Shown here: piece after piece, positions 15,538-30,751 of the stretch | Position numbering within the stretch: the first letter of the stretch is position 1 | Layout of the letters: every line of letters begins with the position of its first letter | Origin: Eledone cirrhosa | Lineage: Eukaryota | Reading direction: 5' to 3' | NCBI GenBank assembly: GCA_964016885.1 | Contig: OZ024751.1 | Span: 3,348,001 to 3,412,000, forward strand | DNA length: 64,000 nucleotides | Translations under genes and position numbers: made by a program | The notes under the pieces: model-generated | Database searches by the model: none | What the model was told of the DNA's origin: nothing | The model's input: only the letters and a program-made list of their open reading frames with translations

Positions 15538-15835
15538 TAATTACGGTATGTACAAGTTTCTTCTAAGTTTAAATTTACACCTAATTGTGTATGGTTGACA
15601 GTATATTTAGTCAGTTTCTACAATCTGTTTAAATGTTGGGTAAATACTCTATTGGGGTCACCGCGAAGAGGCCGCTTTAGGTTATTTATCAAATATTTCT
15701 TCATAGGAGCCTTTATTCTTATAGCCTGGTCTAATTGATTTTTAATATGGTTAATTATGCTAATTGGGAGAGGAAATGGTATATATTTTATCTAATAATT
15801 CTAAGGACATGATTTATGATATATATATATATATA

Positions 15836-15878
<43 letters not shown>

Positions 15879-16805
15879 GGAAAGTATAGAAATTATTGTG
15901 AGCAAGAAGCCAACAATATTCCGTAATATATAAGTGACTATAGCGTCAAAATGGAAAAATAGTTAACGTAAGATATGGGAAAATAATTCAAACTCAATTC
16001 AAAAAGAATCAGGATATAGATTCATCCACAGAATTTAGTGAAATCCAGGGAAAAATAAAAAGAGCCTTAACTCAGAATAAAATAAAGTTTAAAATACTCA
16101 TCCTTCAATATATGTATATATATACATACATGCACACACATATATATGTACGTATATATATATGTACACATATATATATGTACGGCTTAATTCGGGCTGT
16201 TTGTTTACAAACAAACCGAACATTATAATAAATGTTCGGTAAACCCATATGTACATATATATATATATATATATGTGTGTATGTATGTATATATATACAT
16301 ACTAGTGTACGTCTGTATACATATATTGCGGCCTTCCATTGAAAAGATAAACTCTCGTCAGAAGGGTCTTTTCACTCGGAGAATATAAAATTACCGAGTT
16401 CAAATTACGAACTGGCGCTATTCAAAATTGTTCCCGAGATGAGAATGAATGATGTGGAAGCAATTCTGTCCAGTGCCGTGTGTAAAGATAGAAGCAGAGG
16501 CAGGGAGGTCAGTCTACTACCACTATAAATAGCAGCAGTCAGAACGACCAAATTTTATCTCGACCAAGAGGAGAATAATACTTTTTGCGTGTAGGGATAT
16601 CCCTACACGCAAAAAGCGTCTAGAGACACATGTATTGTCCAACCATATGCCAATGTGGTTCAATGGCAGGTTAATAAATTAACGGACCAGAACATATATA
16701 ATCAAGGTTTAGCAAATAAGAAAAAAGTTTCAAAATAAATTTTAAAAGATTCACTGTACTCACTATGGTTACCTTTACCGAATCGGTTTCGAGTCTCAAA
16801 AATAA

Positions 16806-16862
<57 letters not shown>

Positions 16863-16944
16863 TGTGTGTGTGTGTGTAATATATGTATATATATATATAT
16901 ATATATATACATAATGTGTGTGTGTGTAATATATACATATATAT

Positions 16945-18270
16945 AGGGAAAAAAGATGAAATCGAAAATGCAAGTGAAGTCTTTTTAAAAATATTTATTT
17001 GGTTACTTTACAGGTTTTGCAGTTCTTATGCTTTTCAAAAGTAGAATTGAGATGGGAGGCTTGTGGTTTTTCTCGCATCTGGTTGGTGTTCGAATGTTAC
17101 TTCTGTTTTATATGGAAAAAAGTGGCTCGAAATGCTAAGTTTTTAGAAATGTAATTTGGTTGTTTGATGACTATCATGTGAATAAGTATAATAAATTTCG
17201 CGCCAGTTTGTAACAAAGTTCTTATTACATTTGACTTTTTAAAAAAGGAAGGGGGAGGGGGGGGGCTCAGATTGTTTTCTCGTATATGAGTGAAATTTGG
17301 TTGGATGATGCAGTCACGTGAATAAGCACATCAACTTTCGCGCCAGTTTGTGTTTGAATTTCTTTTTACTTAAAAAAAGTAGTCCCAGAAGGTTTTTTAT
17401 AAATGTAATTTGATTGGTTATAAATGAAATTATGACTGTCCCGTGAACAAGTACATTAAGTTTCGCGCCCGTATTTGGGAATTTTTTTGTAGCCATTTAG
17501 AGAATTTTGTGCCAAACAGAAGATAATGGTCAAGGAAAACGGGATGGGGAGAATTGTTCTGATTCAGTAAGTATGGCTGATGTGCTGGGGTGTCAAAATT
17601 CAGACATTGTATTGAAATAAAGAAAGTAGAGGTATGTATTTTTATTTTTGTGCTGGTGTGTGTGTGTAGGATGATGATTCTATTAGTAGAAATGAGGGAG
17701 GGAGTTATGTGTGTGTGTATGGGTGTTATATGTGTGTGTGTGTATGTGTGTGTGGGAGTATGGTTAGCATGTTAAGATGGAGAGAATATATTTTTTTTGT
17801 GTGTGTGTAGGAAAATGATTCCGTTAGTAGAAATGGGGGAGGGAGTTATGTGTGTGTTTGGGGTGGGGGGGGGGGGGCATTTATTTTCGAATATAGGTGT
17901 TATGTGTGTGTGTGTCTGATTGGATGGTTAGCATGTTATGGTGTTAACAATGTATATTAAACTATATTTAATGCTGGTCTATATTTTTGAATAAACATAT
18001 TTTCCTTGTTTATTCGTATTTGTTCTGTTGTATTGTCAGCGCAAAGATAAAATGGGAGGACTTGGAATCTGGGTGTCTTATAATTGCGCATATGACTAGA
18101 TGTGCACTGAGTGGTATCTGTCTTGTGGTTGGGTCTCGTAATTGTTGGCGATGCGATGAATTGTCATTCTGTTTCTGAGTGTTAGTCTAGTTTGTCCTAT
18201 ATAATCTTCATTGCATCCTTTACATATAAAGGCATAAATAAAATTTGTTGATGAGCAAGATTTTTTACAA
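16945..18270 (-). mobile_element. Diverged Neptune-type PLE 3' fragment (GIY-YIG remnant + pLTR)
   Basis: SCSSTNFIYAFICKGCNEDYIGQTRLTLRNRMTIHR is homologous to the EN of 910-3075; pLTR-like repeats at 17000-17500. Confidence 0.8.
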
Positions 18271-18413
18271 CAAAATTTATATATATATAATTTTTTTTTA
18301 CAACAATATATATATATATAGAAGCGAAAACCAATCCATACCAAGCAGTGAATGTGTTTTATTATTTCGGGCAATATTATAACAATATGACTCTCTCCAA
18401 ATGTAACAATATA

Positions 18414-18940
18414 TCTATATATATAAAACAGAGGATGTCTGTCTGTGTGTTTGTGTGTGTGTCTGTGAGTTTGAATCCCTAAAACTCGAGAAGTACCCAA
18501 CGTTTTTAGGGGTTCTTTGAGGCGTTACGTCAGACCAATTTCCTTGAAATTGTAACTATGTATTAGTCATTCTCTTCTTCATACCGTAAGCAAAGAAAAT
18601 CGAACTTTTTTATGGCCTGGGGACCGCATTAGGTGAACCACCCTTTTCAGCATTTTAGGGCTTTTTTGAGGCGTTACATCTAGCCGATTTTCCGGAAATT
18701 TCAAGACATAACGTGCACATAAAAATAATTCATTTTCTTGATGCTCTAGGCTCGCATTAGGTAAAAACCTGCATTTTTCCGGCTTCATCGAGGAAAATAT
18801 TAAAGATTATCCAGCCATCAGAGTTTTCGTTTTATTTTCTTTACATATTGTCCAGGCATGCAGTTTTTCCGCGATTAGGTATGTTGGCGGCCTGCGTTCC
18901 AAAATACCTTATCCCGTGCAACGCCGAGTACCACTGCTAG
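18414..18940 (+). mobile_element. Non-autonomous Helitron
   Basis: 5' TC start, subterminal hairpin cccgtgcaacgccgag, 3' CTAG; homologous to 52916-53531. Confidence 0.85.
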
Positions 18941-19033
18941 AATATATATATTTGGGGAGGGTCATATTGTTATAATATTGCCAGAAATAATATAACACAT
19001 TGACTGTTTGTTTTCGCTTCTTTATATATTTAA

Positions 19034-19265
19034 ATTTCTAATGCTTTTCAAAAATAATTTTGAGATAGATCGCCCGTGATGTTTGCAGCAAACATCACGG
19101 GCGCTCTATCTCAAAATTATTTTTGAAAAGCATTCGAAATGCGCAACCGGTAAAAACTTAAAACCAAAACTGAATACTAACCAATACTTATTACTAATTT
19201 TTACTTATTCCTAACTAAACTATTTTTCACTGGGAACAATTTGTCAGCATTTTCTTTTCCTTTTA

Positions 19266-19270
<5 letters not shown>
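19034..19270 (+). mobile_element. Fold-back fragment of the Neptune pLTR (~53 bp arms, 1 nt spacer) plus tail
   Basis: ..cgcccgtgatgtttgc-a-gcaaacatcacgggcg..; the right arm continues as 14920-15103-like sequence. Confidence 0.85.
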
Positions 19271-19303
<33 letters not shown>

Positions 19304-19576
19304 TATATGTGTTTATATATATATACGCACATGTAGGGAGAGTCTATACATACAGGGGGCATGTGTGTGTATTACGATTTGTATTTTATATAACAACATG
19401 TGTATGTATGTATGCGTGTGCATATATGTGTGTATGTATGTATATATATATGTGTGTATGCATGTGTCTATGTGTTAATATATGTGAATGTATGTATGTA
19501 CAAAATATATCTATGTATATGAAAACGGTTGCATAAATAAATATATACAACTAGTAATTTCCTTTACACTGCTATA

Positions 19577-22500
19577 GAAACCTGATCCTCTCCCCACCAC
19601 ACTAAATACAACACCATCAGCAACAACACTAACAGCACTAACAACACCAACAGCACTAACAACACTACCACCAAGAACACTAACAACACCACCAACACGA
19701 CAAACAACACTACCACTAACAACACTAACAACACCACCACCGCCAATACTAACAACACTAACAACACCACCAACAATACTAACAACACTACCACTACCAC
19801 CAACAACACTACCAACAACAACACTAAAAACACTAACAACAACACAAACAACACTAACAACACTACCACCAACAACACTAACAACATTACCACCAACAAA
19901 AATAACAACACTATCACCAACAACACCAACAACACCACCACCAACAACACTAACAACACGACGAGCAATAACACTTACAACACCAACAACACCACCATCA
20001 ACAGCACAAACAACACCAGCAACACTAACAACACTACCACCGACAACACTAACAACACTACCACCGACAACACTAACAACACCAATAACACTAACAGCAC
20101 CACCACCAACAACAGAACAACACCACTACCAACAACACTAACAACACACACCAACAACACTAACAACACTACTACCAAAAACAATACCAAAGCCAGCACC
20201 AACAACACTAACAACACTACTACCAACAACACTTACAACACTTACAACACGACCATCAACAGCACTAACGACACCAGCAACTGTAACAACACTAACAACA
20301 CTAACAACAGGAACAAAATTAACAACAATACAACCAACAAAAATAACAAGACCAACAACACTAACAACACCAATAACACTAACAGCACCACCACCAACAA
20401 CACTAACAACACTACCATCAACAACACTAAAAACAGTAACACCAACATCACTAACAACACCAACACCAAAAACAACAGCAACACTAACAACGCTAACAAC
20501 ACTAGCATCAACAAAACTAACAACACTACCACCAACAACACTAACAACACTACCAGCAACAACTCTAACAACACTACCACCAACAACACTAACAACACTA
20601 ACAACTCAAACAACAATAACAGCACTAACAACACCATCAAGACTAACATCAACACCACCAACTCTAACAACATTACCATCGACAACACTAACAACACTAC
20701 CACAAACAACACTAAAAACACAACACCAACAACACTAACAATACTACCACAAACAACACTAACAATACTAACAACTCCAACAACACTAACAACACTAACC
20801 AAACCACTATCAACAATACTAACAACACTACCACCAACAACACTAAGAACACTAACATATACAACGCTAACAACACCCAAAGCACTAACAAAACTACCAT
20901 CAACAACACTAACAACACCACCACCAACAACACTAACAAGACAACACCCAACAACACTAACAACACTACCATCAACAACACTAATAACACTAACAACACT
21001 AACAACAATACCAACAACAACACTAACAACACTACCATCAACAACACTAACAACACCAAAAACACTAATATCTCTTCCATCAACAATACTAACAACACTA
21101 CCATCAACAAAACTAACAACACTATCATCAACAACATTAACAACACCAACAACGCTAACAACACTAACAACACTAACAATACCATCAACACTAACAATAT
21201 CACAACCACCAACTCTAACAACATTACCATCAACAACACTAACAACACTACCACCAACAACACTAACAACACTACCAGCAACAACACTAACAACAATACC
21301 ACCAACAACACTAACAATACTACCACCAACAACACTACCAGCAACATGACTAACAACACTACCAACACCACCAGCAACAACACTGACAGCACAACCACCA
21401 ACAACACCAACAACACCAACAACACTACAACCAACAACAATACCAACACCACCACCAACAACACTAACAACACTACCATCAACAAGACCAACAAGACTAC
21501 CACCAACAACACTAACAACACTAACAAAACCACCATCAACAACGCTAACAACATTGCTACCAACAACACTAACAACACTACCACAAACAACACTAACGAC
21601 ACTTCCACCAACAACACTAACAAAACCGAAGACACTAACAACATTACCATCAACAACACTAACAACACTACCACCAACAACACTAGGAACACTAACAACA
21701 CTAACAACACTAACAACACCAACAACACTAACAACAACTTCACCAACATCACTAACAACACCCCCACAAACATCACCAACAACACTATTAACACTAACAA
21801 CAAGACTAACACTACCATCAACAAAAATAGCAACACCGAAAACACTAACAACAGTACCATCAACAACGCTAACAACACCACGATCAAAAACACTAAAACC
21901 CCTACCGACAACAACACTGACAACACTATATCCAACAACACTATAAACACTACCATCACAACCTTCAACAACACTAACAAAACTACCTTCAACAACAATA
22001 GCACCACTAAGCCCAACAACACTAACAACCCTAACAATACTAACCACACTAATAACGCCACCATCAACAACATTAACTACACAACCAACAACAAAACCAA
22101 CAACACTACCACCAACAACACTAACAACCCCACCACCAACAACATTAACAACACTACCACAGGCAACGCTAACAACACTACCATCAACAACACTAACAAC
22201 ACAACTACCAACAACACTAACAACACTAACAACACTAATAACACTATCATCAGCAACACTATAAACATCCACCACCCACAACACTAACAACACCACCAAC
22301 AACAAAATTAACAACATCAACAACAACAACAACACTACCACAAACAACACTAACAACACTACCAGCAACAAAACTAACAACACTACCACGAACAACACTA
22401 ACAAGACTAACAACTCAAACAACAATAACAGCACTAACAACACCATCAATACTAACATCACCACCACCAACTCTAACAACATTACCATCAACAACACTAA

Positions 22501-25500
22501 CAACACTACCACAAACAACACTAAAAACACAACACCAACAACACTAACAATACTAACAACAACAACACTTGCAACACTACCACCAACAACACTAACGACC
22601 CTACCAATACCAACACCAACAACGCTAACAACAACCTCACCAAAAACACGAACAACCACCTCACCAACAACACTACCAACACTACAATTCAACAACACTT
22701 ACAAAACTACCACCAACAGCACTAAACAACACTACCACTAACAACTCTAACAACACTACCACCAACAACACTAACAACACTACCACCAACAACACTACCC
22801 TCAACAAAACTAGCAACACTACCACCAACATCACTAAAAATACTACTACCAAGAACACTAACAACACTACTACCAACAACACTAACAACACTAACATCAA
22901 CAACGCTAACAACACCCAAAACACTAACAAAACTACCATCAACAACATTAATAACACTAACAACACTAACAACAATACCAACAACAACACTAAAACACTA
23001 CCATCAACAACACTAACAACACCAACAACACTAACAACACAACCATCAACACTAACAACACCAAAAACACTAACAACTATACCATCAACAACACTAACAA
23101 CACCACCACCAACAACACTAACAACACCAACAACACTAACAACACTAACAAAACCACCATCAACAACACTAACAACACTAATACCAACAACACTAACAAC
23201 ACTACCCCCAACAACACTAACAACACTACCATCAACAAAACTAACAACACTACGATGAACAACACTAAGAACACCAACAACGCTAACAACACTACCATCA
23301 ACAACACTAACAACATTACCATCAACAACACTAACAACACTACAACCAACAACGCAAACAACACTACCACCAACAGCACTAACAACACTATCACCAACAA
23401 CACCACCAACAACAACACTAACAACACTACCAGTAACAACACTAACAACACCACCATCAACAACACCAACATCCCTACCACCAACAACATTAACAATAAC
23501 CTCACCAACAACACTAACAACATTACATTTCAACAACACTAACAACACTACCAAAAACAACACTAACAAAACCACCATCAACAACACTAACAACACTGCT
23601 ACCAACAACACTAACAACACTACCACAAACAATACTAACGACACTTCAACCAACAATACTAACAAAACCGAAGACACTAACAACACTACCATCAACAACA
23701 CTAACAACACTACTACCAACAACACTAGGAACACTAACAACACTAACAACAACAACAACACTAACAACAACTTCACCAACATCACTAACAACACCACCAC
23801 AAACATCACCAACAACACTAACAACACTAACAACAAGACTAACACTACCATCAACAACAATAGCAACACCGAAAACACTAACAACACTACCATCAACAAC
23901 GCTAACAACACCACCACCAACAACACTAAAAACACTATCATCATCAACACTAACAACACTACCACGAAAAAAAACAACACTAACAACACTAACAACACCA
24001 TCAACACTAACAACATCACCACCACCAACTCTAACAACATTACCACCAACAACACTAACAGCATTAACAACACTACCACCAACACCACTAACAACACTAC
24101 CACCAACAATAATAGCAACACTACCACCAACAATACTAGCAACATTACCACCAACAACACTAACAACACTAACAACACCACCAACAACAACACTAACAAC
24201 ACAAACATTAACAAAATTAACACTACCATCAACAACACCAGCAACGCTAACAATACTACCATCAACAACACTAACAACACCACCGCCAACAACACTAGCA
24301 ACACTACCATCAACAACATTAACAACACTAACAACACTAACAACAATACCATCAACAACACTAACACCAACAACACTTACAACACTACCACGAACAACAC
24401 TAACAACACTACCACCAACAAACTAACAACACCACCACTAACAACACTAACAACACTAACAACACCACCATCAACAACACCAACATCACTACCACTAACA
24501 AACTAACAACACTACCATCAATAAAACAAACAACACTACCACCAACAACACTAACAACAGTAACTACACCAACAACACTAACAACAAGCTCACCAACAAC
24601 ACTAAAAACACTACAATTCAACAACACTAGCAACACTCCCGCCATTAACACTAACAGCATCAACAACACCAACAACACTAGCAGCACTAACAATACTACC
24701 ATCAACAAAACTAACAACACTACCACCAACACCACTAACAACACTATCATCAACAACATTAACAACACCAACAACACTAACAACACTACCATTAATAACA
24801 TTAACAACAGCACAACCAACAACACTAACAACACTACCTCCAACAACACAAACAGCACTACCATGAACAAAACTAACAACACCACCACCAACAACACTAA
24901 CAACACCACCACCAACAACACTAACAACACTACCAACAACAACACTAACAACACTAACAACACTACCATCAACAACACCAACAACACTACCATCAACAAC
25001 ACTAACACCACCACCAACAACAACACTAACAACACTACCCCCTACAACACTAATAACACTACCTCTAACCACTCTAAAAACACTAACATCAACAACACTA
25101 ACAACACTAACAACACTAACAACACTAACAACACTACCATCAACAACACTAACAACACCAACAACACTAACAACACAACCATAAACAACACTAACAACAC
25201 CAAAAACACTGACAACACTACCATCAACAACACTAACAACACTACACCCAACAACACTAACAACACCAACAACACTAACAACACTACTCCCAACAACACT
25301 AACAACACCAACAAGACTAACAACACTACCATCAACAACACTAACAACACTACTCCCAACAACACTAACAACACCAACAACACTAACAACACAACCATCA
25401 ACAACACTAACAACACCAACAACACTAACAACACAACCATAAACAACACTAACAACACTACTCCCAACAACACTAACAACACTACCATTAACAACACTAG

Positions 25501-28500
25501 CAACACTAACAACACTACTCCCAACAACACTAACAACACCAACAACACTAACAAAACAACCATTCAACAACACTAACAACACTACCATCAACAACACTAA
25601 CAACAAGACTAACAACACTACCATCAACGTCAATAGCAACACCGAAAACACTAACAACACTACCATCAACAACGCTAATAAAACCACCACCAACAACACT
25701 ATAGACACTATCATCATCAACACTAACAACACTACCACGAAAAACACTAACATCACTAACAACTCCAACAACACTAACAACACTAACAACACCATCAACA
25801 CTAACAACATCAACTCCACCAACTCTAACAACATTACCACCGACAACACTAACAATACTACCACCAACAACAAAAGCGCTAACACAAACAACACTAACAA
25901 CACGACCACCAACACCACTAACAACACTACCGGCAACACCACTAACAAGACTACCAGCAACAATACTAGCAACACTACTACCAACAATACTAGCAACATT
26001 ACCACCAACAGCACCAACAACACTAACAACACTACCACCAACACCACTACCAACACTACCACCAACACCACTAACAACACTACCACCAACAATACTAGCA
26101 ACACTACCACCAACAATACTAGCAACATTACCACCAACAACACTAACAACACTAACAACACCACCACCAACAACACTACCTACCACTAACAACACTAACA
26201 ACACGACCATCAGCAACACCAACAGCACTACCACCAACAACACTAACAACACTACAATTCAACAACACTAACAAAACAACCACCAACAGCACTAACAACA
26301 ATAACACTAACAACACTAACAACACTACCACCAACAACACTAACAACAATACTACAAACAACACTAACAACACTACCATCAACAACATTAACAACACTAA
26401 AAACACTACCATCAACAACATTAACAACACTAACAACACTAACAACACTAACAACACTAACAACAAAACCATCAACAACACTAACACCGACAACACTTAC
26501 AACACTACCACGAACAAAACTAACAACACTACCACCAACAAACTAACAACACCACCACTAACAACACTAACAACACTAACAACACTAACAACACCACCAT
26601 CAACAACACCAACATCACTACCACCAACAAACTAACAACACTACCATCAACAAAACTAACAACACTACCACCAACAACACTAACAACACTAACTACACCA
26701 ACAACACTAACAACAAGCTCACCAACAACACTAAAAACACTACAATTCAACAACACTAGCAACACTCCCGCCATTAACACTAACAGCATCAACAACACCA
26801 ACAACACTAGCAGCACTAACAATACTACCATCAACAAAACTAACAACACTACCACCAACACCACTAACAACACTACCATCAACAACACTAACAACACCAA
26901 CAACACTAACAACACCACCCCCTACAACACTAATAACACTACCCCCAACAACTCTAAAAACACTAACATCAACAACACTAACAACACTAACAACACTAAC
27001 AACACTAACAACACTAACAACACCAACAACACTAACAACAGAACCAGAAACAACACTAACAACACCAACAACACTAACAACACTACCATCAACAACACTA
27101 ACAACACTACTCCCAACAACACTAACAACAACACTAACAACACTAACAACACCAACAAGACTAACAACACTACCATCAACAACACTAACAACACTACTCC
27201 CAACAACACTAACAACACCAACAACACTAACAACACAACCATCAACAACACTAACAACACCAACAACACTAACAACACAACCATAAACAACACTAACAAC
27301 ACTACTCCCAACAACACTAACAACACTACCATTAACAACACTAGCAACACTAACAACACTACCCCCAACAACACTAACAACACTACCATCAATAACACTA
27401 ACAACACTACCATCAACAACATTAACAACACTAACAACACTAACAACAAAACCATCAACAACACTAACACCAACAATACTAACAACACTACCACGAACAA
27501 CACAAACAACACTACCACCAACAAACTAACAACACTACCATCAACAACACTAACAACACTACCACCAACAACACTAACAACACTAACTACGCCAACAACA
27601 CTAACAACAACCTCACCAACAACACTAACAACACTAACAAAACCACCATCAACAACACTGACAACACTACCACCAACAACACTAACAACACTAACAACAC
27701 TAACTACACCAACAACACTAAAAACAACCTCACCAACAACATTAAAAACACTACAATTCAACAACACTAGCAACACTCCCACCATCAATACTAACAGCAT
27801 CAACAACACCAACAACACTAGCAACACTAACAATACTACCATCAACAACACTAACAACACTACTCCCAACAACACCAACGACACTAACAACACCACCACC
27901 AACAACACTAACAACACTACCATCAACAACTCTAACAACACCACCACCAACAACACTAACAACACTACCATCAACAACACTACCCCCAACAACACCAACG
28001 AAACTAACAACACCACCACCATCAACACTAACAACACTACCATCAACAACTCTAACAACACCACCACCAACAACACTAACAACACTACCATCAACAACTC
28101 TAAAAACACCACCACCAACAACACTAACAACACTACCACCAGCAACTCTAACAACACTACCATCAACAACTCTAACAACACCACCACCATCAACACTAAC
28201 AACACTACCATCAACAACTCTAACAACACTACCACCAGCAACACTAACAACACTACCACCAGCAACACTAACCACTCCACCACCAACAACAACCATAATA
28301 TTGTAATTTCTATAACACCACCTTCTCTGAATACCCCTGCCACTACCACCTCTACTTCTCTGAACACCTCTGCCACTACCACCTCCTCTTCTCTGAACAC
28401 CTCTGCCACTACCACCTCCTCTTCTCTGAACACCTCTGCCACTACCACCTCCTCTTCTCTGAACACCTCTGCCACCACCACCTCCTCTTCTCTGAACACC

Positions 28501-29884
28501 TCTGCCACTACCACCTCCTCTTCTCTGAACACCTCTGCCACTACCACCTCCTCTTCTCTGAACACCTCTGCCACTACCACCTCCTCTTCTCTGAATACCC
28601 CTGCCACTACCACCTCCTCTTCTCTGAACACCTCTGCCACTACCACCTCCTCTTCTCTGAACACCTCTGCCACTACCACCTCCGCTTCTCTGAACACCTC
28701 TGCCATTACCACCTCCTCTTCTCTGAACACCTCTGCCACCACCACCTCCTCTTCTCTGAACACCTCTGCCACCACCACCCCCGCTTCTCTGAACACCTCT
28801 GCCACCACCACCCCCGCTTCTCTGGACACCACTGCCACAACCACCCCCTCTTCTCTGAACAGCCTCTCCTCCCTTCTCTGAACACCTCTGCCACCACCAC
28901 CCCCTCTTATCTGAACACCTCTGCCCCCCCCCTTTCTTTGAACACCTCTGCCACCACCACCCCCGCTTCTCTGAACACCACTGCCCCCCCCCCCTTCTCT
29001 GAACACCTCTGCCACCACCACCCCCTCTTTTCTGAATACCTCTGCCCTCCCCCTCTTTTCTGAACAGCTCTGCCACCACCCCCTCTTTTCTGAACACCTC
29101 TGCCACCACTACCCCCTCTTCTCTGAACACCTCTGCCACCACCGCTCCCGCTTCTCTGAACACCGTTGCCACCACCACCCCCTCTTCTCTGAACACCTCT
29201 GCCACCACCGCCCCCGCTTCTCTGAACACCGTTGCCACCACCACCAACTTTTCTCTGAACACCACTGACACCACCACCCCCGCTTCTCTGGACACCGTTG
29301 CCACCACCACCCCCGCTTCTCTGGACACCACTGCCACCACCACCCCCTCTTCTCTGAACACCTCTGCCACCACCGCCCCCGCTTCTCTGAAACCGTTGCC
29401 ACCACCACCAACTTTTCTCTGAACACCACTGCCACCACCACCCCCGCTTCTCTGGACACCGTTGCCACCACCACCCCCTCTTCCCTGAACACCACTGCAA
29501 CAACCACCAACCACAACACCAACACCCACAAGAACACGACGACTAACAACAACAACAACAACAACACTCTTAACACCAACAATAACCATACTATCAACAA
29601 CAACACTACCACAAACAACGTCACCACTAACAACACCACCACCACCATCAGCAACAACAACACCAACACCACTACCACCACTAACAAAACCACCACCACC
29701 AAGAACAACACCTTAACCATCACCACCACCACTAACACCCCCCCCCCCCCCCCGCCACCACTAACTAAACCACCCCACCACAACACCGCTACCAACCAGA
29801 AATATTATCGTAATATCTATACCCCCCCGCTACTGTATCACTAGACGTCTGCCTTGCTGTCTCTCGTTTCCAGCAGCCATTTAA
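19577..29884 (+). repeat. ~10 kb (AAC/ACT/ACC)-rich low-complexity array with internal segmental duplications; possible mucin-like (Thr/Leu/Pro or Asn/Thr) exon
   Basis: Degenerate aacaacact units; G almost absent from the + strand; preceded by a polypyrimidine/TAG acceptor; stop-free frame 26524-28878. The repeat call is certain, the coding status is not. Confidence 0.85.
28321..29500 (+). repeat. 33 bp tandem minisatellite (acctctgccactaccacctcctcttctctgaac; TSATTTSSSLN in one frame)
   Basis: Roughly 35 head-to-tail units, homogeneous at the 5' end and more degenerate at the 3' end; no spacers. Confidence 0.92.
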
Positions 29885-30235
29885 TCTTCTATGATATTTA
29901 GTCAAAATCGTTTATCATCCGAATTAGTTTGTCGGAATGTTCTCTCACCATATGTCTTCTGCTAGACAGAATCCTGTAACTAGTAATTTGTAAATCAACG
30001 AAGAAAACTTTCTTATATATTATGTATGTATGTATGTATGTATGTATGTATGTATGTATGTATGTATGTATGTATGTATGTATGTATGTATGTATGTATG
30101 TCTTATGTGTGTATGTACGTATGTATGTATGTATATATGTATATATGTGTGTGTGTGTGTGTGTATATAAATTTATTTGTTTATATATGTGTATGTGCGT
30201 ATGTGTATATGTATATAAACTTATTTGTTTATATA

Positions 30236-30279
<44 letters not shown>

Positions 30280-30751
30280 TATTTGTTTATATATATATGT
30301 GTGTGTGTGTGTGTATGTATGTAAGTATATATATTTATATATGTATATAAATATATATTTACATATGTATATTGTTGATGTTGTTGTTGGTGTTCCGCTA
30401 TTAGAGAGTAGAAATGTTTAGCATGCTTTTATTTTATCTCGCTCGTTCGTTAATTTGAAAATCACATTCAAATAAATTCAATTACAACATTTATAATCTC
30501 GTTCATTAAACTACCTTGTTTAATTACTCGAGTTTATGAGTAAGACGATGTTGTTGTTGTATGTGTATCTTCATTGAGGAAGCTTAGGACCAAAAATGTT
30601 GCACCCAAAATCATCTCGTCTTTTCAGGTTTATGCCTGGGATTTAATTATCTAACGTATTTATCTTTGACTTTGTTAAACGTCGGTACGGTGAGATTGAA
30701 GTAGATTTGATATGGTTGCTATTTCTAGCGAGGTTGGGTGACCATTTAGAA

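Noticed and set aside
28321-29500. 33 bp repeat as a CRISPR array
   Set aside because: Units are contiguous with no unique spacers, there are no cas genes, and the context is eukaryotic.
19564-29795. Long Val/Leu-rich minus-strand ORFs (up to 818 aa) as membrane proteins
   Set aside because: Antisense shadows of the AAC/ACT repeat; several overlapping frames are open at once and there is no domain structure.
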